From: Pseudomonadota bacterium
GTDB lineage: Bacteria; Pseudomonadota; Gammaproteobacteria; Steroidobacterales; Steroidobacteraceae
NCBI GenBank assembly: GCA_025355105.1
Contig: JANYAE010000128.1
Location: forward strand, 9,850 to 73,849
DNA: 64,000 nucleotides
Direction: 5' to 3'
Positions 8,726-16,661 of this stretch are shown here, piece by piece. Position numbers and translations under genes: made by a program. Under the pieces are notes generated by a model. The model saw nothing but the letters and a program-made list of their open reading frames with translations, was not told the DNA's origin and made no database searches. Each line of letters begins with the position of its first letter. Positions within the stretch are counted from its first letter, which is position 1.

Positions 8726-9543
8726 AGATCGTGGTCCTGACGTCGGAGACGCCGGCGAACGTCTGGCTCGTCAACCAGCTGATGGCCCGCCATCAGGTGA
8801 TTGGCGTGGTCGTCGAGCGCCGGCCGCTGGCGGTCAGCGGCGGCGACAAGATGAGCCGCCGGCGAAAGCTGATCGATCGATTCGGCTTGTTCCGCACGCT
8901 GAACAAGTTGCTCTACAACCGTCTTCGGTCCGGGCGAGCCCTGGAGCGCGAGTCGGCCACGCTTCAGCAACTGCTGTTTCCGGGCGGTGCCGCGGTTGCC
9001 TACGCGAGTGAGGTGCCGACGCTGGTGGTCAGCGGCATCAACGACGCCGAGTGCATCCGATTCATCGAACGCCTGTCGCCGGACTTGCTCGCCGTGTGCG
9101 GCACGACGGTGATTCGTCCAGAGGTCTTCTCGCTTGCCCCCAAAGGCGCAGTCAATATCCATACGGGTATTACTCCTGAATACCGGAGCGCCGACCCGAT
9201 CTTCTGGGCGATGTACCGCGGCGACTGGAAGAACGTGGGGGTCACGATTCATTTCGTGGATCGCGGCATCGACACCGGCCCGATCATCCAACAGCGCGCC
9301 GTGCCGGTGTACCGCGACGACTCGCTTACGTCCGTCTACCATCGATGTATCGTGCACGGTGCCGAACTCTACAATCGGGCGCTGACGGACATCGCGGCGG
9401 GACAGGTGCAGGTCATGCGCAAGGCGGGCGTCGCGGGGCGTTCCTATCGATCCGTCGACCTCGGCCTGGTTCAATACGTTGCATTCCACCTGAGGTTCGC
9501 ATGGATGGCCCGATCGTTGCCCCGCGCGCAGGAGCGTCGCTGA
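8722..9543 (+). CDS. Formyltransferase-family protein (Fmt/ArnA-N-like catalytic domain only)
   Basis: GTG 8722 overlaps the upstream TGA (GTGA). The N-terminus KIVVLTSE is followed by the catalytic Asn-His...Asp arrangement GAVNIHTGITPEYRSADPIFWA ... TIHFVDRGIDTGPII. This matches the formyl_trans_N signature (N-x-H ... D). Confidence 0.75.
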   Translation: MKIVVLTSETPANVWLVNQLMARHQVIGVVVERRPLAVSGGDKMSRRRKLIDRFGLFRTLNKLLYNRLRSGRALERESATLQQLLFPGGAAVAYASEVPTLVVSGINDAECIRFIERLSPDLLAVCGTTVIRPEVFSLAPKGAVNIHTGITPEYRSADPIFWAMYRGDWKNVGVTIHFVDRGIDTGPIIQQRAVPVYRDDSLTSVYHRCIVHGAELYNRALTDIAAGQVQVMRKAGVAGRSYRSVDLGLVQYVAFHLRFAWMARSLPRAQERR

Positions 9544-10778
9544 TGAGCGCTGTCCGGCGACGTCTCGAAAACGCGCGGCACCGGATCGGTGCCGGCCGGC
9601 GGACGCCACCTGGCCACCCGTTGCGGCTCGTCGTAGAGAAGGCGACCTGGCTTGACGACGCACAGAGTGCCGTGATGCTGAGCATCGATGACCTGACCAA
9701 CGCCTGGCATGACCGCGGCGGCGGCCGGCGCTGGGAACAGGGCGGGGACTGGGGTGGCGGGCTGCGGGGCGATGGTTCGGCGCTGCGGTTCCTGGAGGAA
9801 CGCCTGCTGGCCGACTTCCCGCAGGTGCGGACGACGTTCTTCACGGTCGCTGGCCCGATCTCGCCCTACACGCGCCACCAGCCGTTCAGCTTTGCCGCGG
9901 CGCTCGATGCATCCGGGGAGAGCCGGCGCTTCTTCCGCGCGATCGCCGACGATCCGCGCTTCGAGCTCGCCTATCACGGCTACAACCACGGTACCCCGGG
10001 TGTGGAGACGGCAGCATTTCTGCAGGAATTTCGCGGCTTCGAGTCGCTTGACGCGGCGGTCGAGCAGACGCGCCGGGGTATCGAGATCTTCACCCAGGCG
10101 ATCGGCCGCGCGCCGCGGGGCGGCAAGTACGGCGGCTGGGACTACAACGAGTTTGGCGACGCGGCTGTCGACGCCTGCGGATTTCAGTGGTGGTGCCGTG
10201 ACTGGACGCCGCGCGACGTGACCGGGGTCATTCCCGACGCGTACTACGAGCCGCAGCTGTTCGGTCGCGGCGGCGTGATCGCCCTGCCGACCACGGTTCA
10301 CGGCCGCTTCTGGACGCACGGCCAGGTCGAGCGCCTGCTGGCGTGCCGCCAGCTGATCGCCGTCGAAGAGCACATCGCGCCGGTACGACCGGATGGACTC
10401 GTGCAGACGCCGAACATCGTCGACGACATCGACGAGCTGCGGGCGTTGTTTGCCTACCTGCGGTCGAAGGACGTCTGGTACGCCACCGGCAGCGAAGTCG
10501 CCGCCTACGTCGCGGCCCGCGAGCGGACCACCGTGCACGACGTGGCGGCCGACGGCTTCGCCGTCTCGTACGTCGGCGGCGTGCCTCGGCCGCGGCTGAC
10601 GCTGCGGGTCAACTGCGCCTCGCCGGGAACGACGGACGCGACCGCCGTGCGGCTCACACAACCTGACGGCACGGTCGTCGACGCGTCGCGCGACGGCTCG
10701 CACCACGGGGTGCAGACGAGGTTGTTCACCATTGATGTCATGGACGGGCGTTATCGTGTAGCGAGCGTGCCCGCGTGA
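9543..10778 (+). CDS. CE4/DUF2334-like putative polysaccharide deacetylase or deformylase
   Basis: ATG 9543 shares its A with the upstream TGA. Motifs MLSIDDL (Asp-Asp), ELAYHGYNHG (His-x-x-x-His-like) and GGKYGGWDY suggest a NodB-like fold. The family assignment is tentative. Confidence 0.5.
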   Translation: MSAVRRRLENARHRIGAGRRTPPGHPLRLVVEKATWLDDAQSAVMLSIDDLTNAWHDRGGGRRWEQGGDWGGGLRGDGSALRFLEERLLADFPQVRTTFFTVAGPISPYTRHQPFSFAAALDASGESRRFFRAIADDPRFELAYHGYNHGTPGVETAAFLQEFRGFESLDAAVEQTRRGIEIFTQAIGRAPRGGKYGGWDYNEFGDAAVDACGFQWWCRDWTPRDVTGVIPDAYYEPQLFGRGGVIALPTTVHGRFWTHGQVERLLACRQLIAVEEHIAPVRPDGLVQTPNIVDDIDELRALFAYLRSKDVWYATGSEVAAYVAARERTTVHDVAADGFAVSYVGGVPRPRLTLRVNCASPGTTDATAVRLTQPDGTVVDASRDGSHHGVQTRLFTIDVMDGRYRVASVPA

Positions 10779-10827
10779 CGGGCGGCGTGGCTGAGCGGCT
10801 GGCTTGCGGCCCGGGGGCGGACTAGCG

Positions 10828-12735
10828 ATGTGCGGAATCTGCGGCAAGGTCTATCTCGACACCCAGCGGCGCGCTTCGGCCGCCGAGATCGAGTTGATGC
10901 GCGATCGGATGCTGCATCGCGGGCCCGACGCCGCCGGGACGTACCTGGACCGGCACGTCGGCCTCGGGCATCGCCGGCTGTCAATCATCGACCTGGCGGC
11001 GTCAACCCAGCCGATGGCCAACGACGACCGTTCGGTCGTGATCTCCTTCAACGGCGAGATCTACAACTATCGCGAGCTGCGCGAGGAGCTGATCGGCAAG
11101 GGCCACCACTTCCGCACGGACGGCGACACCGAGGTCATCCTGCGGCTCTACGAGGAGCTTGGCGAGCGTTGCGTCGAGCGGCTGCGCGGAATGTTCGCGT
11201 TCGCGATCTGGGATGCCCGCTCCGCAAGCCTGTTCCTCGCCCGCGACCGGATCGGCGTGAAGCCGCTGTACTACACGCTCAACGAACAGGCTTTCGTATT
11301 CGCGTCCGAGCTCAAGGGGCTGATGGGCGACGAACGCGTCCGCAGCGGACGCGAGCTGGATGTCGAGGCGGCGCACGGCTACTTCTCGTTCCTGAGCGTG
11401 CCTGACCCGCTGACCATCTACCGGGGCATCTACAAGCTTCCCGCCGCCCATACGCTGACGCTGCGCGGTGGCCGAGTTGAGCTGCGACGTTACTGGGACG
11501 TCGAGTTCCGGGACGCGACCACCGGCACCGAGGAGGAGTGGCGCGAACGGGTGCTGGATGCGCTGCGCGATGCGGTGCGCGTGCGCCTGGTGGCCGACGT
11601 GCCGCTCGGTGCGTTCCTGAGCGGGGGCATCGACTCGAGCAGCGTGGTCGCATTGATGGCTGGCCTCGTGGACCGGCCGGTCAAGACCTTCTCGATCGGC
11701 TTCACCGAAAGCGCCTACAACGAGGCGTCGGACGCCGCATTGGTCGCGCGCCACCTCGGCACCGATCACACCGAGCTGATGCTCACGCCGTCGACGATTC
11801 AGCCGGTGATCCCGGCGCTGCTCCAGCAGTTCGACGAGCCGTTCGCGGATTCGTCGGCGATTCCGACCTATTTCGTCTCCAAGCTGGCGCGCGAGCAGGT
11901 GACCGTGGCGTTGTCCGGCGACGGCGGCGACGAGCTGTTCGGCGGCTATCCGTGGCGACAGGTCCGGCCGCGTTACCAACGCGTGCTCAGCCGGCTGCCG
12001 CTCGCGGTGCGCTCGGGCATCAGCGCGCTCGGCAGCCTGCTGCCGAGATCGGTGCCGGGGAGCAACTACCTGCGCCAGGCGCATGTGCCCTACGAGCGCT
12101 ACATCCTCGACGCGCTCGCGGTCTTCGATCAGGACGACCGCAAGGGCTTGTATTCCGGCGCGTTCGCCGCGGCGGTCGCCGACCGGGATCCGTTCGCCGC
12201 CCATCTCGTCAATCTGGCGGGCCGCAGCGACCGGTCGTGGCCGGCGCGGATGATGCAGTACGACCTCAAGACCTATTTGCCGAACGACATACTGACGAAA
12301 GTCGACCGCATGAGCATGTACGTCTCGCTGGAGGCTCGCGAGCCGCTGCTCGACCACCATCTGGTCGAGCTGGCGGCGCAGGTGCCGAGCCGCCTCAAGA
12401 TCCGCGGCAACGTCGCGAAGTACATCCTCAAGCAGGCGGTGGCGCCGCTGCTGCCGGCGGAGGTGCTGACCAAGCGCAAGCAGGGCTTCAGCATTCCGCT
12501 CAGCAAGTGGATGCGCAACGAACTGCGCGGCGACGTGCTCGACGCGCTGTACGGTGGCAACCGGCACGGCCTTTTCGATCGCCAGGCGGTGACGCGGATG
12601 ACGGACGACTTCCTCCGCGGCAACGATCTTCGCGAGCACCAGATCTGGTCGCTGTACGCCTTCGAGCTGTGGCACCAGCGGGTCGACGCGCGGCTGGCGC
12701 CGGGCGCCGTGGGGATCGCGCCGTGCCGGCCGTAA
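10828..12735 (+). CDS. asnB: Asparagine synthase (glutamine-hydrolysing) family amidotransferase, copy 1
   Basis: MCGICG N-terminal nucleophile (Cys2) fixes the start at ATG 10828. Other motifs are GHRRLSIIDL, FNGEIYNY, the PP-loop FLSGGIDSS, and the C-terminal KQGFSIPL. Confidence 0.9.
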   Translation: MCGICGKVYLDTQRRASAAEIELMRDRMLHRGPDAAGTYLDRHVGLGHRRLSIIDLAASTQPMANDDRSVVISFNGEIYNYRELREELIGKGHHFRTDGDTEVILRLYEELGERCVERLRGMFAFAIWDARSASLFLARDRIGVKPLYYTLNEQAFVFASELKGLMGDERVRSGRELDVEAAHGYFSFLSVPDPLTIYRGIYKLPAAHTLTLRGGRVELRRYWDVEFRDATTGTEEEWRERVLDALRDAVRVRLVADVPLGAFLSGGIDSSSVVALMAGLVDRPVKTFSIGFTESAYNEASDAALVARHLGTDHTELMLTPSTIQPVIPALLQQFDEPFADSSAIPTYFVSKLAREQVTVALSGDGGDELFGGYPWRQVRPRYQRVLSRLPLAVRSGISALGSLLPRSVPGSNYLRQAHVPYERYILDALAVFDQDDRKGLYSGAFAAAVADRDPFAAHLVNLAGRSDRSWPARMMQYDLKTYLPNDILTKVDRMSMYVSLEAREPLLDHHLVELAAQVPSRLKIRGNVAKYILKQAVAPLLPAEVLTKRKQGFSIPLSKWMRNELRGDVLDALYGGNRHGLFDRQAVTRMTDDFLRGNDLREHQIWSLYAFELWHQRVDARLAPGAVGIAPCRP

Positions 12736-13631
12736 CGGTCGTCATCCCGGCGTACAACTCGGCGCGCTACATCGGCGAGGCGCTGGAGTCGGTGCGGGCG
12801 CAGTCGATGCACGACTTCGAGGTCATCGTGGTCGACGACGGCTCGACCGACCGCACCGTCGAGGTCGCAAGGGACGCCGCGAGGGGCCTTGCCGTCCAGG
12901 TGCTCGAGCAGCGTAACTCCGGGCCGGGCGCCGCGCGCAACGCCGGCATCCGCGCGGCCGCGGGCCGCTACTGCGCGTTCCTCGACGCCGACGACCTGAT
13001 GCTTCCGGACCGGCTGGCCGAGCAGACGCGGCTGCTCGATGCCGACGCGCAGCTTGGCCTGGTGCATACCGACCTCATGACTTTCGACGAACGCGGGACG
13101 ATTCACGGCAGCCGCCGCGCCTTCTCGGACCCGTGCGGCGGCCAGATTCTCGATCGCCTGCTGCTCGGCAACTTCATCACGACCTCGACCGTGATGGCGC
13201 CGCGCGCCGTTCTGCTCAAGGCGGGGCTGTTCGGTCTCGAGCGCCGCGTCTCGGAGGACTTCGAGCTTTGGCTGCGAATCGCGGCCGAATGGCCCGTCGG
13301 CTACATCGAGCGCGCGCTGATCCGCTACCGCTACACGCCTGGCAGCCTGTCCGGCGACAAGCTGTTTGCGGCGCGCGCCGCGCTCGACGTCGTGGACAGC
13401 TTCTGGCGCGATCATCGCCAGTATCGTGGCCAGCGGCCGGACGTCTACCGCCGCTCGCGGGCGCGGCATCTGGCGACCGCCGGCGCCGCGGCGCTGAACC
13501 GCGGGAGTCGCGGGCTCGCGCTGCGCTACATTGCCGCCGCGCTCGGCCACGACCCGTGGGATCGGCGCTCGTGGAAGTGGGCGCTGAAGGCGCTGCTGCC
13601 GCTGCCGTCGTCGCGGCCGGCCGCGGCCTGA
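12723..13631 (+). CDS. Family-2 glycosyltransferase
   Basis: GTG 12723 overlaps the asnB copy 1 end by 13 nt. Motifs are VTVVIPAYNSARYIGEALESVRAQS, EVIVVDDGSTD and FLDADDLM (DxD). Confidence 0.85.
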   Translation: MPAVTVVIPAYNSARYIGEALESVRAQSMHDFEVIVVDDGSTDRTVEVARDAARGLAVQVLEQRNSGPGAARNAGIRAAAGRYCAFLDADDLMLPDRLAEQTRLLDADAQLGLVHTDLMTFDERGTIHGSRRAFSDPCGGQILDRLLLGNFITTSTVMAPRAVLLKAGLFGLERRVSEDFELWLRIAAEWPVGYIERALIRYRYTPGSLSGDKLFAARAALDVVDSFWRDHRQYRGQRPDVYRRSRARHLATAGAAALNRGSRGLALRYIAAALGHDPWDRRSWKWALKALLPLPSSRPAAA

Positions 13632-13647
13632 GCCCCCTCGTGATCCG

Positions 13648-14799
13648 ATGAGCCGCCCGCTGCGAATCCTGCACATCGGCAACGGTCGGGCCTTCAAGAT
13701 CAAGGCGATCGTGGACGCGTTCGTGCGTCGCGGCCATGAGTTGCATGTCGTGCCGATCCCGCCCTCGGCGGAGGCCTGGAGCGGCGTCGAGTGGCACTCG
13801 CTGCCGATCGCGGCGTTGCCGGCACCGGCGCGCGTTCCGGCGCGGATGTGGCAGGTTCGCCGCCTCGCGCACCGCATCGGTGCCGACGTCGTGCACTCGC
13901 ACAACGCCTGGGGGCCGGCGTGGTACGGGGCACTCGCGGGCCGGCGGCCGCACCTCATTCACGCCTACGGCGGCGACCTGCTGCCCGAGCAGACCGTCGG
14001 CCGCCCAGCGTGGCAGCGCGCGCTTACGGCGCGCGCCTGCCGTGGGGCAGACCGGCTGATCGTGACCGGGCGCCACATGGTCAGCGCGGCCGTCAAGCTG
14101 GGTGTTGCCGCGGAGCGCGTGCTGCTGCTGCCGCGCGGCGTCGACCTCGAGGCCTATCGCCCGGGGCTCGACACCAGCGGCCTGCGGGTCCAGCTCGAAC
14201 TCGGCGACCGCTGGCCGGTTGTCCTCAGTCCGCGCTACCAGATCGACGAGACGCTCTATAACCTCGACGTCGTCATTGAGGCCTTCGCGCGTTTGCGGCA
14301 GCGCTTGCCGTCCGCCGTCTGTGTGCAGATGGCCGATCCGTCGCGGACCGACGGTTGGCGGCGACTGGCGGCCCTCGCCGCGCAGCGCGGCCTCGGCGAC
14401 AGCTACCGGCTGGCGCCCAGCGTCGACAACACGCAGATGCCACTGTACTACAACCTTGCCACGGTCGTTGCCTCGGTGCCGTCGTCGGACGGTTTTCCGG
14501 TGACGGTGCTCGAGGCGTCGGCGTGCGCGGCGCCGCTGGTGGTCAGCCGGCTGCCGTACTGCGACGACTGGTTCGTGGACGGCGAGAACGGCCTGATCGT
14601 TCCGGTGCGAGACTCGCAGGCGCTGGCGGGCGCGCTCGCCGCCGTGTGCGAGGACGCCGAGCTGGCGCGCCGTCTCGGCGCCGCCTCGCGCCGCCTGGTC
14701 GCGGAGCGCGCCGACTATCAACGCTGCATGGACCTTCTGGAACACGAGTACCGGGTGCTGGTCGACGCTGTCGACGGGTCCCGGCGAGCGAGGCGCTAG
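13648..14799 (+). CDS. GT4 (GT-B fold) glycosyltransferase
   Basis: 383-aa ORF with N-terminus LRILHIGNG and C-terminal DGFPVTVLEASACAAPLVVSRLPYCDDWFVDGENGLIV (E-x7-E type motif). Confidence 0.85.
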   Translation: MSRPLRILHIGNGRAFKIKAIVDAFVRRGHELHVVPIPPSAEAWSGVEWHSLPIAALPAPARVPARMWQVRRLAHRIGADVVHSHNAWGPAWYGALAGRRPHLIHAYGGDLLPEQTVGRPAWQRALTARACRGADRLIVTGRHMVSAAVKLGVAAERVLLLPRGVDLEAYRPGLDTSGLRVQLELGDRWPVVLSPRYQIDETLYNLDVVIEAFARLRQRLPSAVCVQMADPSRTDGWRRLAALAAQRGLGDSYRLAPSVDNTQMPLYYNLATVVASVPSSDGFPVTVLEASACAAPLVVSRLPYCDDWFVDGENGLIVPVRDSQALAGALAAVCEDAELARRLGAASRRLVAERADYQRCMDLLEHEYRVLVDAVDGSRRARR

Positions 14800-14801
14800 C
14801 G

Positions 14802-16661
14802 ATGTGCGGAATCTGCGGCCGATACAACCTTGACGGCCGGCCGGTGACGGCCGACGAGATCGTGGCGATGCGAGACACCATGGTGCATCGCGGCCCCGAC
14901 GATCAGGGCATCTTCGTCGCCGGGGCGGTGGGCCTGGGGCACCGGCGCTTGTCGATTATCGACCTGAGCGGCGGGCACCAGCCGATCAGCAACGAGGACG
15001 GCACGATCACCGTCGTCTTCAACGGCGAAATCTACAATTTCGCCGAGATCCGCGCCGAGCTGCTGGCACGCGGGCACACGTTCACCAGTCGCTCGGACAC
15101 CGAAGTCATCGTCCATCTGTACGAAGAACTCGGCCCGGATTGCCTGCAACGCTTCATCGGCATGTTCGCGATCGCGCTCTGGGACGCGCGGCGGCAGCGC
15201 CTGTTTCTGGCGCGCGATCGCCTCGGCGTCAAGCCGCTCTACTACGCGCATCGCGGTGACGCACTGTGGTTCGCGTCGGAGATCAAGGGCGTGCTGCGTG
15301 CGCCCGAGCTGCCGGCCGAGATCGACCGTCAGGGCCTGCGGCGCTATCTGACCTACCGCTTCCCCTATGGCGAGGCAACGCTGTTCAAGGACGTACGCCA
15401 GCTGCCGCCAGGGCACTGGTTGATCGCCGAGCAAGGCCGCGTGACGGTGCGCCGCTACTGGGACGTGCCGGAGCGCGAGGTCGGCGCCGCGGGCGCGGAT
15501 GCCGGCGCATTCCTGCCGCTGCTCGACGATTCGGTGCGGCTGCGGATGATCAGCGACGTGCCGATCGGCTCGTTCCTGTCCGGCGGCGTGGACTCGAGCG
15601 CGATCACTGCCTTGATGGCGCGCCACACCGACCGCGTGCGGACGTTCTCCGTCGGCTTCATTCCGGACGAGGAGAGTGAGCTTGGCTGGGCGAAGAGGGT
15701 GGCGGAGCATTGTCGCGCCCAGCACCATGAGTTCGTACTCGGTTCCGAGGACTTCTTTTCGCTGCTGCAGCGCCTGGTATGGCACAACGACGAGCCGCTG
15801 ATGTTTCCGGCGAGCATCCCGCTCTACCTGCTGTCGCGCGAGTCGAAGCGCGAGGCGACCGTCATGCTCGGCGGGGAGGGCGCGGATGAGATCCTCGCCG
15901 GCTACGGCACGGACGTCCGCGCCTACTGGCTGAACCGACTGTCCTCCGCCGTGCCGCACGGGTTGCGACGGGCGCTCGCCGGGCTGCAGCTGCCGGGTCG
16001 GCTCGGCAGCGTCGCGAGCCGCGCCGCGCTCACGCCGTCCGAGCTGATCCTCGACAGCTTCCGGCTCGCGGATTCGGCTCAGCTGATCGGCGCCTGCCGC
16101 TTGCAGCTGCCCGGCGCCGCGGCCGACGACGAGGACTTGCAGCGCGAACTCGGCCTCGGCGGCCGCAGCGGCACCTTCCTCGACCGGCTGCTGTACTTTC
16201 AGCTCAAGACCTACCTCGTCGCGTTGCTGATGAAGCAGGACAAGATGAGCATGGCGGCGTCGATCGAGACCCGCGTCCCGTACCTCGACCATCGGCTCGT
16301 GTCGCTCGCGCTGTCGCTGCCGGACCGCGACAAGATCCGCGGTCGCACCGGCAAGCATCTGTTGAAGCGCGTCAGCGAGCAGCTGCTGCCGCGCGACGTC
16401 GTCTACCGGCGCAAGCAAGGCTTCCCGGTGCCGATCGCACGCTGGATGCAGGCTCCCGGCAACCCCTTCGTCGAGCTCCTGCTAGACGCCGAGACGCTGA
16501 GGGACGGCCTGCTGGAGGCCGACTGGGTCAAGTCGCGCGTCGCGCGCTTCCGCGCCGGCGCCGGCAATTCCATGGAACTCTGGGCAATGCTGAATCTGGA
16601 ACTGTGGCGACGTGAGTACCTGACCGCCGCCGGGCGTCAGCGGGCGGGGATGGCGGCTTGA
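14802..16661 (+). CDS. asnB: Asparagine synthase (glutamine-hydrolysing) family amidotransferase, copy 2
   Basis: MCGICG at ATG 14802, 2 nt after the upstream TAG. Motifs are GHRRLSIIDL, FNGEIYNF, the PP-loop FLSGGVDSS, and KQGFPVPI. It is clearly paralogous to 10828-12735. Confidence 0.9.
   Translation: MCGICGRYNLDGRPVTADEIVAMRDTMVHRGPDDQGIFVAGAVGLGHRRLSIIDLSGGHQPISNEDGTITVVFNGEIYNFAEIRAELLARGHTFTSRSDTEVIVHLYEELGPDCLQRFIGMFAIALWDARRQRLFLARDRLGVKPLYYAHRGDALWFASEIKGVLRAPELPAEIDRQGLRRYLTYRFPYGEATLFKDVRQLPPGHWLIAEQGRVTVRRYWDVPEREVGAAGADAGAFLPLLDDSVRLRMISDVPIGSFLSGGVDSSAITALMARHTDRVRTFSVGFIPDEESELGWAKRVAEHCRAQHHEFVLGSEDFFSLLQRLVWHNDEPLMFPASIPLYLLSRESKREATVMLGGEGADEILAGYGTDVRAYWLNRLSSAVPHGLRRALAGLQLPGRLGSVASRAALTPSELILDSFRLADSAQLIGACRLQLPGAAADDEDLQRELGLGGRSGTFLDRLLYFQLKTYLVALLMKQDKMSMAASIETRVPYLDHRLVSLALSLPDRDKIRGRTGKHLLKRVSEQLLPRDVVYRRKQGFPVPIARWMQAPGNPFVELLLDAETLRDGLLEADWVKSRVARFRAGAGNSMELWAMLNLELWRREYLTAAGRQRAGMAA

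Noticed and set aside
11002-16418. Long minus-strand ORFs 11002-12675 (557 aa), 12273-13958 (561 aa), 13216-14745 (509 aa) and 14796-16418 (540 aa)
   Set aside because: All are antisense to plus-strand genes with unambiguous catalytic motifs (AsnB MCGICG/SGGxDS, GT2 DxD, GT4). Their products are Arg/Ala/Gly-rich without motifs. They are GC-driven shadow ORFs.
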